From Chlamydiota bacterium (GTDB lineage Bacteria; Auribacterota; Tritonobacteria; UBA1439): DNA of 64,000 nucleotides. The notes beneath the pieces were generated by a model, which worked only from the letters and a program-made list of their open reading frames with translations, ran no database searches and had not been told where the DNA came from. The translations under genes were made by a program, and so were the position numbers. The stretch covers positions 2,985 to 66,984 of the forward strand of contig JBAXOY010000002.1 of assembly GCA_037133055.1 (NCBI GenBank), written 5' to 3'. The first letter of the stretch is position 1. Each line of letters starts with the position of its first letter. This document shows positions 1 through 9,863 of this stretch, piece after piece.

Positions 1-1
1 C

Positions 2-202
2 AAGGTGGACAGCATCATGGCCGGGACGGGCGCCGCCTTTTCGCTATTTCCTCCGGAAAACGCGCTTGGTAATTACGTCAAGGTCGTGCAGAGAATCCCG
101 GTCAAGATCGTGTTTGATAAAAATACCAACAAGGATCATGTGCTGCGCATAGGCATGTCGTGCGTTTCGACCATTATTACAAAGAATGAACAATCCCAGT
201 AA
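2..202 (+). CDS. C-terminal fragment of a HlyD/EmrA-type membrane fusion protein; the 5' end lies upstream of the window
   Basis: The frame is open from the window edge. The tail ...NYVKVVQRIPVKIVFDKNTNKDHVLRIGMS... is typical of EmrA-family periplasmic adaptor C-termini. It overlaps the start of the downstream DHA2 transporter by 17 nt, which is the usual emrAB arrangement. Confidence 0.5.
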   Translation, partial: KVDSIMAGTGAAFSLFPPENALGNYVKVVQRIPVKIVFDKNTNKDHVLRIGMSCVSTIITKNEQSQ

Positions 203-1721
203 ATGGATCATCGCGTTAGCGGTGGTACTGCCGACCCTGCTTGAAGTAATCGATACTTCGGTTGTCAATGTCTCGCTTGATCATATCCGCGGGTCGCTTT
301 CCGCGGGAATTGACGAGGCTACCTGGGCAATTACGGCATATCTGGTTTCCAACGCAATAATCATTCCCTTGACGGGGTGGTTGAGCACGGTGTTCGGCAG
401 AAAGCGATACCTCCTATTTTCAGTGACACTGTTTACCGCGAGTTCATTCATGTGCGGGAGCGCAACCAGCATTTCCGCCCTGATATTATTCAGGATTATT
501 CAGGGGATAGGAGGAGGTGCGCTGCAGCCGATCTCACAGGCCATACTCCTTGAGGCATTTCCTCCCGCAGAGTACGGTATGGCCATGGCAATTTTCGGCG
601 TCGGCGTTATGTTCGGTCCGATTGTCGGTCCTGTCTTGGGCGGCTGGATTACAGATAACTGGTCGTGGAACTGGATATTTTACATCAATATACCCATTGG
701 TATGATCTCGGTATTGATGATCATGCTAGTTATCCAGGACCCTCCCTATTTAAAACGTATACGGGAGAAGATCGATTACATCGGATTGGGCTTGATCGTA
801 GTCGGAATCGGCTGCCTACAGGTTATGTTGGATAAAGGCCAACGCGAAGACTGGTTCTCTTCCCAATTTATCATGCGTTTGGCAATAGTATCCATCGTGT
901 GCCTTATTGCATTTGTCTTTTGGGAGTTAAGGAAGAAGGATCCCATTCTAAATTTACGGGAATTTAAAAACGTTTCCTTCGCAAGCGCGAATGTGATTCA
1001 GTGCGTAGCATTTTTCGTTCTCTTTGGGAGTATTGTGCTTCTTCCGCTATTTGTGCAACAGCTTTTAGGCTACACTTCTTTTCTCTCCGGAATGGTCCTG
1101 GCGCCCGGCGGTATAGCGACCCTGTTTTCGATGGGCATTTCCGGAATATTAGTCCAAAAAGTCAATCCGAAAGCCGTGTTGGCCGCTGGCCTGCTCGTCA
1201 CCACGTATTCTATCTATACGATGTCTCAGTTTAACGCATATATCGATTATAACACGATAGCATTTTCAAGGATTATCATGGGATTCGGATTGGGGATGAT
1301 CTTTGTGCCTTTGACAAGTCTTGCCTTCAGTACCATAAAAAAGGAAGAGATGGGGAATGCGACCAGTATATTCAGCCTCCTGAGGAATATTGCAGGAAGT
1401 TTCGGTATCGCGATCATGACTACTCTTCTTGCCAGAAGGGCACAGTTCCATCAGTTCCGCCTTTCCGAGCAGCTAAACCCTTTTGATCCCCGTTATCAAC
1501 TCGGCATGAATAACGCGATGGCTGCGTTAGGATATAGAACAGGGGAGGCAACTGTTGCCGGGGCACATGGGGTTATCTACGGGCAATTAGTCAAGCAATC
1601 CAACCTGTTATCTTTTAACGACGCATTTTACGTCGCTACACTGCTTATGCTTTGTGTCGTCCCGTTCGTATTCCTGCTCAAAAGGCCAAAGAATCCGGAC
1701 AAACCGATGGCAGTTCATTAA
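186..1721 (+). CDS. emrB: DHA2-family MFS drug-efflux transporter (EmrB/QacA type, 14 TM)
   Basis: 511 aa. The N-terminal motif LEVIDTSVVNVSLDHIRGSL, then GWLSTVFGRKR and FRIIQGIGGGALQP, are hallmark DHA2 motifs. There are multiple hydrophobic helices. GC content is lower than in the flanking genes. Confidence 0.85.
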   Translation: MNNPSKWIIALAVVLPTLLEVIDTSVVNVSLDHIRGSLSAGIDEATWAITAYLVSNAIIIPLTGWLSTVFGRKRYLLFSVTLFTASSFMCGSATSISALILFRIIQGIGGGALQPISQAILLEAFPPAEYGMAMAIFGVGVMFGPIVGPVLGGWITDNWSWNWIFYINIPIGMISVLMIMLVIQDPPYLKRIREKIDYIGLGLIVVGIGCLQVMLDKGQREDWFSSQFIMRLAIVSIVCLIAFVFWELRKKDPILNLREFKNVSFASANVIQCVAFFVLFGSIVLLPLFVQQLLGYTSFLSGMVLAPGGIATLFSMGISGILVQKVNPKAVLAAGLLVTTYSIYTMSQFNAYIDYNTIAFSRIIMGFGLGMIFVPLTSLAFSTIKKEEMGNATSIFSLLRNIAGSFGIAIMTTLLARRAQFHQFRLSEQLNPFDPRYQLGMNNAMAALGYRTGEATVAGAHGVIYGQLVKQSNLLSFNDAFYVATLLMLCVVPFVFLLKRPKNPDKPMAVH

Positions 1722-1965
1722 AGCATCAAAACCCGTTTGTGAGTCTTTGCGAACAGGTAGAAGACGATCTGATGCCGATCGTGAAGAAAACGGAGGACGC
1801 TGATATAGGTATTTTCGGCTCTCCGGTTTATCGGGGGAGCGCGAGTGATGAAACGCAGTCGTCTATAGGGCGTTATATATTCCCATTTGCTGTAGGACAA
1901 AAGATTTTGTACATTGACCCTGAATCATTCTCCGGGCAAATTCTTATCGATCATTAGGAGATCCG

Positions 1966-2721
1966 ATGAAAATGAAAGTTCTCCTGACAACTTTGACGAG
2001 CATGCTGTTGACGGCCCAGGCGTTGTGCGCCGATGACGGACCGGTGGTGGGTGTTGTCGAATGGGAGCCGGGCATCCCCCGCGAATCCAAGACCGATTAC
2101 GACAAAACCGACTTCTGGGCCGCCATCGCCTTTTCGCCCTCGACGGGCAAGTATGGTTCCACCTGCGAGTGGACGAGCCAGGACAACGCAGTCCGCGTCG
2201 CGCGCGAGAGCTGCAACGCCGCCGACGCCCGGGTCGTGGTGCTTTGCTGCAATGGCTGGTGCGCCCTGGCGTTGGGCCAACCGGCGGCCTCGGGAGATCA
2301 AGGTTGGGGAGTCGGGTGGGGTCCCAACCAGGAGAGAGCCGAGCAGTTTGCGTTGGAGATCGCGCGCCAACGGATGAGCGGGGCCAAAGTCGTCTACAGC
2401 ATCAATTCTCGCCAGATGCGGGTATCCGGTGTCATCGCCTACTCGACCGCGACGGGCAAATGGGGTTACTCCAGCGGCTACGGTCGCGGTGATGTCACCC
2501 GAGCAGTGCAGTTCTGCGGGGACCCTGATGCCAAGGTTATGGTCGGGAAGAACGTCTGCTGCTGGATGGCCCTGGCACTGGGCGACGACAAGAGCGCGTA
2601 CGGCTGGGGCTACGCCGGCAACCGCGCCGACGCCGAGCGCAACGCGCTGGAGGAATGCCGCACGCGGACCAAGAACGCGAAGGTCGCCGTCAGCTTCTGC
2701 ACCAACGGGGTGGTGCACTGA
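1966..2721 (+). CDS. secreted protein with three tandem Cys-containing repeats, DUF4189-like
   Basis: It has a signal peptide (MKMKVLLTTLTSMLLTAQA). A unit AIA(F/Y)S..TGK(Y/W)G.S...S...A...A...C......C.V.V..C..GWCALALG occurs three times. Confidence 0.5.
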   Translation: MKMKVLLTTLTSMLLTAQALCADDGPVVGVVEWEPGIPRESKTDYDKTDFWAAIAFSPSTGKYGSTCEWTSQDNAVRVARESCNAADARVVVLCCNGWCALALGQPAASGDQGWGVGWGPNQERAEQFALEIARQRMSGAKVVYSINSRQMRVSGVIAYSTATGKWGYSSGYGRGDVTRAVQFCGDPDAKVMVGKNVCCWMALALGDDKSAYGWGYAGNRADAERNALEECRTRTKNAKVAVSFCTNGVVH

Positions 2722-3080
2722 TTGAGCGTGGTCCCGGTCCGTGCACAGTACACAGTAGATCCCGGCGGGCACCAGGGTTACATCGAACGAAGCCAGAAGC
2801 CATCGGGGTCAGACCTCTACTATACACTAAGAGAAGATGATTCGATAACGACGTCGGTGGCCAGATCAAAAAGAATTTAGGCCAAAGCCAGCCCCCAAAA
2901 TCCCCCACCTGTAAAGCATGTCCGCTGCTTCTCTCTCACTATGCCGATGGACCGATGAACAGGCGCGCGTTCCACTGATAGCATGGGGACTGCCCAATCG
3001 GCGGCGGCAATACAATATTGCGGTCCATGCGGGGATAGTCTAGGATGTGTGCAATAGTTGTTAGCGGGGAGGATATACAA

Positions 3081-3731
3081 ATGAAAGTCATGGCATTTAA
3101 TGGCAGCCCTAGAAAGGAATGGAATACGGCAACCCTGCTCAAAAAAATCCTCGAGGGTGCTGTATCAAAGGGCGCCGAGGCCGAGCTTATCCATCTCTAT
3201 GATCTGCGCTACAAGGGATGTATCAGTTGTTTCGCCTGCAAGGAAAAGGGCGGAAGGAGCTATGGAAAATGCGCGGTACAAGACGATCTATCGCCGATCT
3301 TCAAGAAGGTCAAGGCGGCGGATGCGGTTATCTTCGGCTCTCCGATCTATCTAGGGAGCGTAACCGGGGAGATGCAGTCATTCATGGAGCGCTTGGTATT
3401 TCCCTGCATCAAATACACCGATCCGCCGGAATCTCTCTTCCCCCGGAAGATACCAACGGGCTTTATTTATACAATGAATGTCAACGAGGAGCAAATGGCC
3501 GAGTTCGGCTATAGCCAGCGCTTGGCGAGTATTGAGCGCCTTCTCAGAATAATCTTCGGGTCAAGTGAGATGCTCATCTGCTGCGATACCTGTCAATTTG
3601 AGGATTATTCGAAGGTAGTCGCGCCTCGCTTTGATCCTGAAATGAAATCAAGGAGACGCAGGGAGGTATTCCCAAAAGACTGCCAAAAGGCCTTTGAGAT
3701 GGGCGCGCGATTTGCCAACTATACCGGATGA
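3081..3731 (+). CDS. flavodoxin-fold NAD(P)H-dependent FMN reductase / iron-sulfur-flavoprotein-like protein
   Basis: A GGGAGG ribosome-binding site sits 8 nt before the ATG at 3081. MKVMAFNGSPRKEWNTATLL... is the FMN-reductase N-terminus. There is a CISCFAC Cys cluster, and the motif ADAVIFGSPIY. Confidence 0.6.
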   Translation: MKVMAFNGSPRKEWNTATLLKKILEGAVSKGAEAELIHLYDLRYKGCISCFACKEKGGRSYGKCAVQDDLSPIFKKVKAADAVIFGSPIYLGSVTGEMQSFMERLVFPCIKYTDPPESLFPRKIPTGFIYTMNVNEEQMAEFGYSQRLASIERLLRIIFGSSEMLICCDTCQFEDYSKVVAPRFDPEMKSRRRREVFPKDCQKAFEMGARFANYTG

Positions 3732-4017
3732 ACGATCTTCGAGCAGGAACCGCTCGCCTGGCGAGCCGCCGGAATCAGGGCCCCAGGCGCCGCCCGCGGA
3801 CCTATCGCATCGGTTCGCAACCCGGGCCGCCGAAATATCCGGTGACATGATCGAACGCATCAAGGTCGTTAATAACGGTGCCAGCAAAACATCAGGGTCA
3901 CCTCGACTATTGACAGATGAAGATGACTCGAAGTTTTGCCAGGAGTGCGGCAAGAAGATATAGCTGAAACCATCTCTGGCCGGCTGTCACTCGGTCTCCT
4001 GCGGTCCCGGGGGTCCC

Positions 4018-5142
4018 ATGAGTAATGAGTACGCCGTATCAGGTTCGCGATCCGGGATCGTTACAGGAGCGACCCTCGATCCCGATGTCCAGCGGAAACT
4101 AAAGCAAGCTCTGCGCCCCGCTTCTTTCTTCGAGGAGACACCGTTATCTCCCTCGCCGGATTACCGGTCGCCCAACGCGTGGGCTGCGCTTCCCTGGAGA
4201 AAAGACGATGCGAACGCCGCCCCGCCCAATACGCGCTATCCGGAGGCGCAGGCGACCGCCGTGGCGGACGTCTTCTTCGTCCATCCCACGGGCTACCTGA
4301 AGGCGGCCTCGTGGAACGGGCCGATCGACGATCCCGACGCGGTGCAGGCGGCGTCGCTCGTAATGAAATACCTGGCAAGCTCGTTCAATGCGGGGGCGCG
4401 CGTGTATGCGCCGCGCTACCGGCAGGCAACCCTCTATGCCTTTCTCGACTATGAGACCCTTTCCGGCGTTCAGGCCCTTGATCTTGCCTACTCCGATGTG
4501 GCGCGGGCCTTCGACCGTTACATCTTGGAGTACAATCATGGGCGGCCCTTCATGCTCGCCGGACACAGCCAGGGGAGCAACCACGCCCTTCGCCTCCTCC
4601 AGGAGAAGATTATCGGCGCGCCCCTCCAGAAAAGGATCGTGGCCGCCTATCTCATCGGGATGGCCATCCCAAGGGAGATCCCCGGAATCCGGCCCTCCCG
4701 CACCGCAACCGACACGGGCGGCGTCATAAGCTGGACCTCCTATACGCGCGACGGGCACCCGCGCTTCCTTACCCGCGACATGGCGATTTGGTTTGGCGGG
4801 GCATACAGGAAAGCGGAGGGGCTGGCCCTCGTCCAGGTCAATCCCCTCTCGTGGGAGTTGAACGGGGAGGAGGTTCCTGCATCAAGCAATCCGGGCTCAC
4901 TCCCGTTTTATAACCCGGCCGGTGACCCTCCGCCGCTGGTCCCGGGGGTCACCGGGGCTGACGCCTCCGGGCGGGTCCTGATCGTCGAAAAACCCGTTGT
5001 ACCGGGCTTCCCGGGCTCGGGTCCGGAGATGCCCATCCTCAACGCGGATTTCGGCGACTATCACGATTATGACTACGTGCTCTTTTACGAGAGCATCCGC
5101 AAGAACGTGATCGACAGGGCAAAACGATTCGGTAAAGAATAG
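4018..5142 (+). CDS. alpha/beta-hydrolase-like protein, DUF3089 family
   Basis: 374 aa. The lipase-like nucleophile elbow GHSQGS and the overall pattern of DUF3089 proteins are present. Confidence 0.55.
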   Translation: MSNEYAVSGSRSGIVTGATLDPDVQRKLKQALRPASFFEETPLSPSPDYRSPNAWAALPWRKDDANAAPPNTRYPEAQATAVADVFFVHPTGYLKAASWNGPIDDPDAVQAASLVMKYLASSFNAGARVYAPRYRQATLYAFLDYETLSGVQALDLAYSDVARAFDRYILEYNHGRPFMLAGHSQGSNHALRLLQEKIIGAPLQKRIVAAYLIGMAIPREIPGIRPSRTATDTGGVISWTSYTRDGHPRFLTRDMAIWFGGAYRKAEGLALVQVNPLSWELNGEEVPASSNPGSLPFYNPAGDPPPLVPGVTGADASGRVLIVEKPVVPGFPGSGPEMPILNADFGDYHDYDYVLFYESIRKNVIDRAKRFGKE

Positions 5143-5314
5143 AGCCACTCCAGGATCTGACCCCGGCGTTTTGATCGATAGAACCCTCAGGAACGTCGCA
5201 ACCCCCGGGGCGATCCGTCCCAGGAATATCCCGGCGACGATGCAAAGGATAACTCACACCGTGAGATACCTCTCGAAAAACCCAGCCCCCGTGCGGCCTG
5301 TTTCGCCGAGGCGC

Positions 5315-6196
5315 TCATCGCCTGTTCCTCCCCGCTGATGGAGCCGCGCTCCCTCCCTTGACCGCCTCCACCTTGATGCTCACGACCGACTCTTCCAGCT
5401 CCCGTATCTTTTCCGGACTTGACCCGTACGCCTCCACGACCGCCTTCGCCGTTACGTCATTGGCCATATCCGCGATCGGGAACGCCCGCTCATCCAGGAC
5501 CTCGATCCCTCCAAACCCCGCGGCTTTAAGGGCGCCTAGATACTCGTCCTTGAGAAGCGCCCCCGAGATGCATCCGACGTAGGCCGATACGGAATCCCTG
5601 ATCGCCGCCGGGAGTTCCCTGCATAGCACGATGTCGGACACCATCAGCCTCCCACCGGGCTTCAGGACCCGGAACGCCTCGCGGAATACCCGCGGTTTGT
5701 CCGGCGAGAGATTGATCACACAGTTCGAGATGATGATATCCACGGAATCGTCATCGACGGGGAGTTTCTCGATCTCCCCGAGCCTAAACTCTACATTCCC
5801 CAATCCCCATCCCCGTGCGTTCTCCCGGGCCTTTTGGATCATCTCGGGCGTCATGTCCACGCCGATAACCCGCCCCGTCTTCCCCACCCTGCGGGCCGCG
5901 AGAAAACAATCGAAGCCCGCGCCCGAGCCGAGGTCGAGAACCGTCTCCCCCTTCTTCAGCGACGCGTGTGCGAGCGGGTTCCCGCACCCGAGGCCGAGGT
6001 TCGCCCCCTCGGGAGCCGCCCGGAGATCCTCTTCAGAGTAGCCTACGTGCGCGCTTATGGACTCGGCCGTGCCGCCCGAACAGCACGAAGACGAAGGCCC
6101 GCAGCACGATTTCTGTCCCTTCGCCACCTTCGCATACCCATCCCGGACGATCCGCCGTATGCGGGTCTCGTCCGTCGTAGTTACTCGGTTTTTCAT
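5315..6196 (-). CDS. arsM: arsenite S-adenosylmethionine methyltransferase
   Basis: 293 aa. The N-terminal Cys-pair region (SCCGPSSSCCSGG) is followed by the SAM-MTase motif VLDLGSGAGFD and conserved downstream cysteines (ISNCVINL, YVGCISGA). The architecture is ArsM/Cyt19. Confidence 0.85.
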   Translation of the reverse strand: MKNRVTTTDETRIRRIVRDGYAKVAKGQKSCCGPSSSCCSGGTAESISAHVGYSEEDLRAAPEGANLGLGCGNPLAHASLKKGETVLDLGSGAGFDCFLAARRVGKTGRVIGVDMTPEMIQKARENARGWGLGNVEFRLGEIEKLPVDDDSVDIIISNCVINLSPDKPRVFREAFRVLKPGGRLMVSDIVLCRELPAAIRDSVSAYVGCISGALLKDEYLGALKAAGFGGIEVLDERAFPIADMANDVTAKAVVEAYGSSPEKIRELEESVVSIKVEAVKGGSAAPSAGRNRR

Positions 6197-6239
6197 GTCA
6201 TTCTCCCTTCCGGAGATTCTACTCCCCTGCTTTTACTTC

Positions 6240-8141
6240 TCACCCAGCCGCCGTTTCACGCTTTGACCAGAGCAGAAGAGTGGAACTGAAGACGACCGTC
6301 ACGCAACCCGCCTCCTGAAAGATGACCGCAATAATCGGTGTCATCAATCCCATGACGCCCAGGGTGAGCCCGATGACGTTGTAGATCATGGAAAAAAAGA
6401 TGTTCAGTTTGATCCGACGCAGGACTTTCGCCGACATCCACATAAAATCGGCGACACCTGATATATCATCGTTCATCAGGGTGACGTCGGCCGTTTCTAT
6501 GGCCACGTCCGTGCCGGCGGCGCCCATGGCGATCCCCACATCGGCCAGCGCGAGGGCCGGGGCATCGTTGATGCCGTCGCCGATCATTCCGACGATATGG
6601 CCTTCGGCCTGCAGTTTCCTGACATACTCCTGCTTCTGCTCGGGGAGCATTTCGGCCTGGAAATCATCAACGCCGATCGCCCTGGCCACCGCTTCGGCTA
6701 CCTGGGGATGATCGCCGGTCAGCATGGTAATTCTCTTGACCCCCAGCGTCTTGAGCAGCCGGATGGTTTGGGGGATCTCAGGACGGATCTCATCGGCAAT
6801 CGCCAGCAAACCCAACACTTCCTCGTTGTGCGCGACGAGGACGGCGGTGTGTCCCTGTTCCGATTGTTTTACAATCTCGCGCTCAACCCGGGAGACGATG
6901 GGCACACCGGCCTCCTGCAGGAAGGCCCGCTTTCCGACAAGGATATTCGCGCTGTTCCATCGGGCTTCAACCCCCATGCCCGTGGCGCTCACGAAATGGT
7001 CCGGGTCGGGAATGTCGAGGTTCCTCTCTCTGCCGGCGGCCAGGATGGAACGCCCCAACGGGTGCTCGGAATATTTTTCCGCGATGCACGCCATGCGCAG
7101 AATATCCTCCGGGCCCTTGCCGTTGAAGGAGATGATGCCTTCAACCTTGGGCCTGCCGAAGGTGAATGTCCCCGTTTTGTCCACGAGAAGGCGGTCTATC
7201 TTATGGCCAAGTTCCAGGAAGATACCGCCCTTGATGAGGACCGCCCGGCGGGCCATGGTGGAGACACCGGCGGTCACGGCGGTCGGCGTGGCTATGGCGA
7301 AGGCGCAGGGGCACGCCACAAGCAGAACGGAAACGGCGACCCTGACATCGCCGGAAATGACAAAGGCGATGATCGCAAGCAGAAGCACCGCAGGCAGAAA
7401 CCATGCGGTGAAACGGTCCGCCATATTCTGAATGGGCGCGCGCGTACCCTGTGCTTCCTGAACCAGGTGCACAATCCGCGCGAGGGTGGAGTTCTCTCCG
7501 ACCTTTACCGTGCGAATGTCGAGCCGTCCGGACTCGTTGAGTGTCCCGCTGAACACGCTGCTTCCCTGGAACTTCTCAACCGACATGGACTCGCCGGTGA
7601 TCGGGGCCTGGTTGACGCTGCTTGCCCCGGCGGTCACCACGCCGTCCACCGGGATCCGTGCGCCGGGCTTGACCACCACCACGTCACCCACGCGAAGTTC
7701 GGCGACCGGGACGACGACCTCTTCCCCCTGCCGGCGAACCGTCGCCATCCTGGGGGCAAAGTCCAGAAGGTCGCGGATGCTCTTCCGGGTCTTGTCCAGG
7801 GTGTAGGACTCCAGCGCCCCGGCGGCGGACATGATGAAGACGATAATGGCGGCGGGCCTGAACTCGCCGACCGCCATTGTGGCCAGGAGTGCGACCACGA
7901 CAAAGACATTGACCGTGATCTTCCACTTGAAGATATCCTTGAACCCGGAAATGAACCTTTGATAGCCGCCGAATACGACGGCGACGATGGCGAGCGCCGC
8001 ATTCACGAAAGACGGGCCGATTTCCCGGTGCGCGAGAATCCAACTCGCCAGGGTCAGGGCCGCAACGGCGGCCGGGACGATGGACAGGACGGCAAGGTCC
8101 CTGTACCGGGATCCATCGTGTCTTTCGTGTCTGCTCATCAC
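6240..8141 (-). CDS. heavy-metal-translocating P1B-type ATPase lacking an N-terminal HMA metal-binding domain
   Basis: 633 aa. It has the CPC transmembrane metal site (VLLVACPCAFAIATP), the phosphorylation motif DKTGTFT, the hinge GDGINDAPALA and the TGES loop. The protein begins directly in the membrane domain. Confidence 0.85.
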   Translation of the reverse strand: MMSRHERHDGSRYRDLAVLSIVPAAVAALTLASWILAHREIGPSFVNAALAIVAVVFGGYQRFISGFKDIFKWKITVNVFVVVALLATMAVGEFRPAAIIVFIMSAAGALESYTLDKTRKSIRDLLDFAPRMATVRRQGEEVVVPVAELRVGDVVVVKPGARIPVDGVVTAGASSVNQAPITGESMSVEKFQGSSVFSGTLNESGRLDIRTVKVGENSTLARIVHLVQEAQGTRAPIQNMADRFTAWFLPAVLLLAIIAFVISGDVRVAVSVLLVACPCAFAIATPTAVTAGVSTMARRAVLIKGGIFLELGHKIDRLLVDKTGTFTFGRPKVEGIISFNGKGPEDILRMACIAEKYSEHPLGRSILAAGRERNLDIPDPDHFVSATGMGVEARWNSANILVGKRAFLQEAGVPIVSRVEREIVKQSEQGHTAVLVAHNEEVLGLLAIADEIRPEIPQTIRLLKTLGVKRITMLTGDHPQVAEAVARAIGVDDFQAEMLPEQKQEYVRKLQAEGHIVGMIGDGINDAPALALADVGIAMGAAGTDVAIETADVTLMNDDISGVADFMWMSAKVLRRIKLNIFFSMIYNVIGLTLGVMGLMTPIIAVIFQEAGCVTVVFSSTLLLWSKRETAAG

Positions 8142-8195
8142 GCAACGCTCCTGCCTTCCAGCCGTACCGGGATTCGTGCAACGTCAACGACACGA

Positions 8196-8393
8196 TCAAC
8201 CGCAGCACGAACCAGTACGGTCATTTTTCTTCCCGTTTTTCTCCTTGCCGCTGTCCGATTGAGACGGGCCGCCACAGCTTTCTCCCGAGCCGCAGCACCC
8301 CCCGGTCTTGGTCATGGATTCCCATATCGCGGACAGGAACCCTTTCCCCTTTTTCCGGTTTTTCTTCGCCGTTTCCTTCTCATTCAGTTCCAT
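8196..8393 (-). CDS. small Cys-rich protein with vicinal Cys pairs; possible metal/metalloid-binding chaperone
   Basis: The most likely start is the ATG at 8393, preceded by GGAAAGGGAGG. The protein is MELNEKETAKKNRKKGKGFLSAIWESMTKTGGCCGSGESCGGPSQSDSGKEKNGKKNDRTGSCCG, with two CC pairs. It sits immediately upstream of the P1B ATPase on the same strand. Confidence 0.4.
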   Translation of the reverse strand: MELNEKETAKKNRKKGKGFLSAIWESMTKTGGCCGSGESCGGPSQSDSGKEKNGKKNDRTGSCCG

Positions 8394-8412
8394 CGCACTG
8401 CCTCCCTTTCCA

Positions 8413-9120
8413 TTAGAATGTTGCCAACAGATAGAACCCCGCGCAGACAAGCAGAACACCGGCGACGGTTCGGATCGCGGCATCCGCCTTCTGCGCCTTG
8501 AGCGAAGCCTTTCCGAACGAAACTCCGAACAGGATGGCGCTGAGCGGCAGGCTGAACCCGACCGCGAATGCGGTCATGAGCGCCATGCCCCACAGGATTC
8601 GCCCCATCAACACGCTGGCGCCGATGACGATAAATATGCCGGGATTACACGGCAACGAACATGCCGCCACACCGCCGCCGAGAAACAGTCCCCCCATCGC
8701 GGCGCCCATCTTCCCTCCGGACGCCGAAGGCGCGCCGTCTTTCCGGGCGCGGCCCGGCAGCATGAACGGGAGCAGTTTCAAAGCGGCCAGACCCAGGACT
8801 ATCGCTGTCGCCCCTGCGAACAGTTTCCAGTACCGTCCAAGAAACGCCTGCGCCGTCTGGCCGACAAGCCCGGCCACAAACCCAAGAATAATCAGCGCCA
8901 GTGTGGTGCCGACAAGGAACCATACCGCTGACACGGACGCCGAACGCCGGTCCGCGTCCCGCCGCGTGCCCGAATAGGCCACCAGCATGCCCATCGCCGG
9001 CAGGGTGCAACACGCGCTCGCCACCGCGCTGACCAATCCCAGCAGGAATGCCAGCGGCAACGCCGCCGGCCCCATACTGGCCGCCTGGAGTGCTTCTGTA
9101 ACCCGCTGCAGCATATACAA
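8413..9120 (-). CDS. CcdA/DsbD-family transmembrane thiol-disulfide electron transporter
   Basis: 235 aa with about 6 TM helices. Conserved Cys residues sit in TM segments (ASACCTLPAMG and VAACSLPCNPG), typical of CcdA/DsbD_2. Confidence 0.7.
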   Translation of the reverse strand: MYMLQRVTEALQAASMGPAALPLAFLLGLVSAVASACCTLPAMGMLVAYSGTRRDADRRSASVSAVWFLVGTTLALIILGFVAGLVGQTAQAFLGRYWKLFAGATAIVLGLAALKLLPFMLPGRARKDGAPSASGGKMGAAMGGLFLGGGVAACSLPCNPGIFIVIGASVLMGRILWGMALMTAFAVGFSLPLSAILFGVSFGKASLKAQKADAAIRTVAGVLLVCAGFYLLATF

Positions 9121-9135
9121 TACTCCTTACCTGCA

Positions 9136-9819
9136 TCACTTGGGGCAGCATCCGGACCCGGCTGCCGGACCGCATCCGCGGGCATTCGATGCCCCCACAA
9201 ATGCCTGGACAAGCTTCGTTTCCGTAATCTCCCCGGAAACCGCACTCATCCCGCGTCCCTTGACCATCGCGAGCACCGCCGGCACGGCGACTTGCGCCGT
9301 TATCTGCTCGTAGTCGCGCGCGCCCGGCTTCAGGGTGAAGACGCCGAGCTTGCCCCCCCGGGTTTCGAGCGTCCGCACCGCGCTCCGGATCTGCGCCGCC
9401 GGCGCATTCCCGGCTTTCTCTTTTTTGTCGGGCAGGAAAATGAAGACCGCGTTCGTATCGGCGGCTACCGTGTTAAGCTCTGAAAGCGCGCCGATTTCCC
9501 TTCCGGCTATCGTGTCCATGGTCGCCGGCGCATCATTCTTCGCAGAAGAGATGTCGCCTGCCGACGCGTACGTCTGTCCCGTCGCCTGCGCGGACGCAAA
9601 GCCTGACACGGCCTTATCGGCGGACACTGCTTTGGCCTTCACCACGCTCCGCGCCGCCACCACCAACGCCGCCGCCAGCACCACTGCTCCAATGACCCAG
9701 CGCACTCGACCCGAACCCCCCGCGGCATGGCACCCGCATTCGGGCCCACAGGCCTCGGGCTGCTGCTTCAGCGATTCCCTAGTGTCTGTTTGTTTCCGGT
9801 CTTCATTCGGCGTATGCAT
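9136..9819 (-). CDS. membrane-anchored hypothetical protein with Cys-rich N- and C-termini (possible periplasmic redox or metal-binding partner of CcdA)
   Basis: The N-terminus has CGPECGCH, followed by a TM helix (VIGAVVLAAALVVAA). The C-terminus has GCGPAAGSGCCPK. It lies in an operon between arsR and ccdA. Confidence 0.4.
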   Translation of the reverse strand: MHTPNEDRKQTDTRESLKQQPEACGPECGCHAAGGSGRVRWVIGAVVLAAALVVAARSVVKAKAVSADKAVSGFASAQATGQTYASAGDISSAKNDAPATMDTIAGREIGALSELNTVAADTNAVFIFLPDKKEKAGNAPAAQIRSAVRTLETRGGKLGVFTLKPGARDYEQITAQVAVPAVLAMVKGRGMSAVSGEITETKLVQAFVGASNARGCGPAAGSGCCPK

Positions 9820-9863
9820 CGCTCATTCTCCTTTTGTCCATTGTTTTCAAACACAACAACCCT

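Noticed and set aside
3694-3963. 89-aa plus-strand ORF overlapping the 3' end of the flavoprotein gene and ending in CQECGKKI
   Set aside because: It mostly overlaps a supported gene in another frame. Its distal part has no motif or RBS, so it is probably spurious.
6597-8501. 634-aa plus-strand ORF overlapping the P1B ATPase and the small Cys-rich gene (also 6724-7431, 12872-14332, 13617-14816 opposite mgtA, 1954-2772 opposite the DUF4189 gene, 10620-11528 opposite the YVTN gene, 38129-39511 opposite the nucleotidase)
   Set aside because: These are all antisense to genes with strong family motifs. Their composition is typical of GC-rich shadow ORFs.
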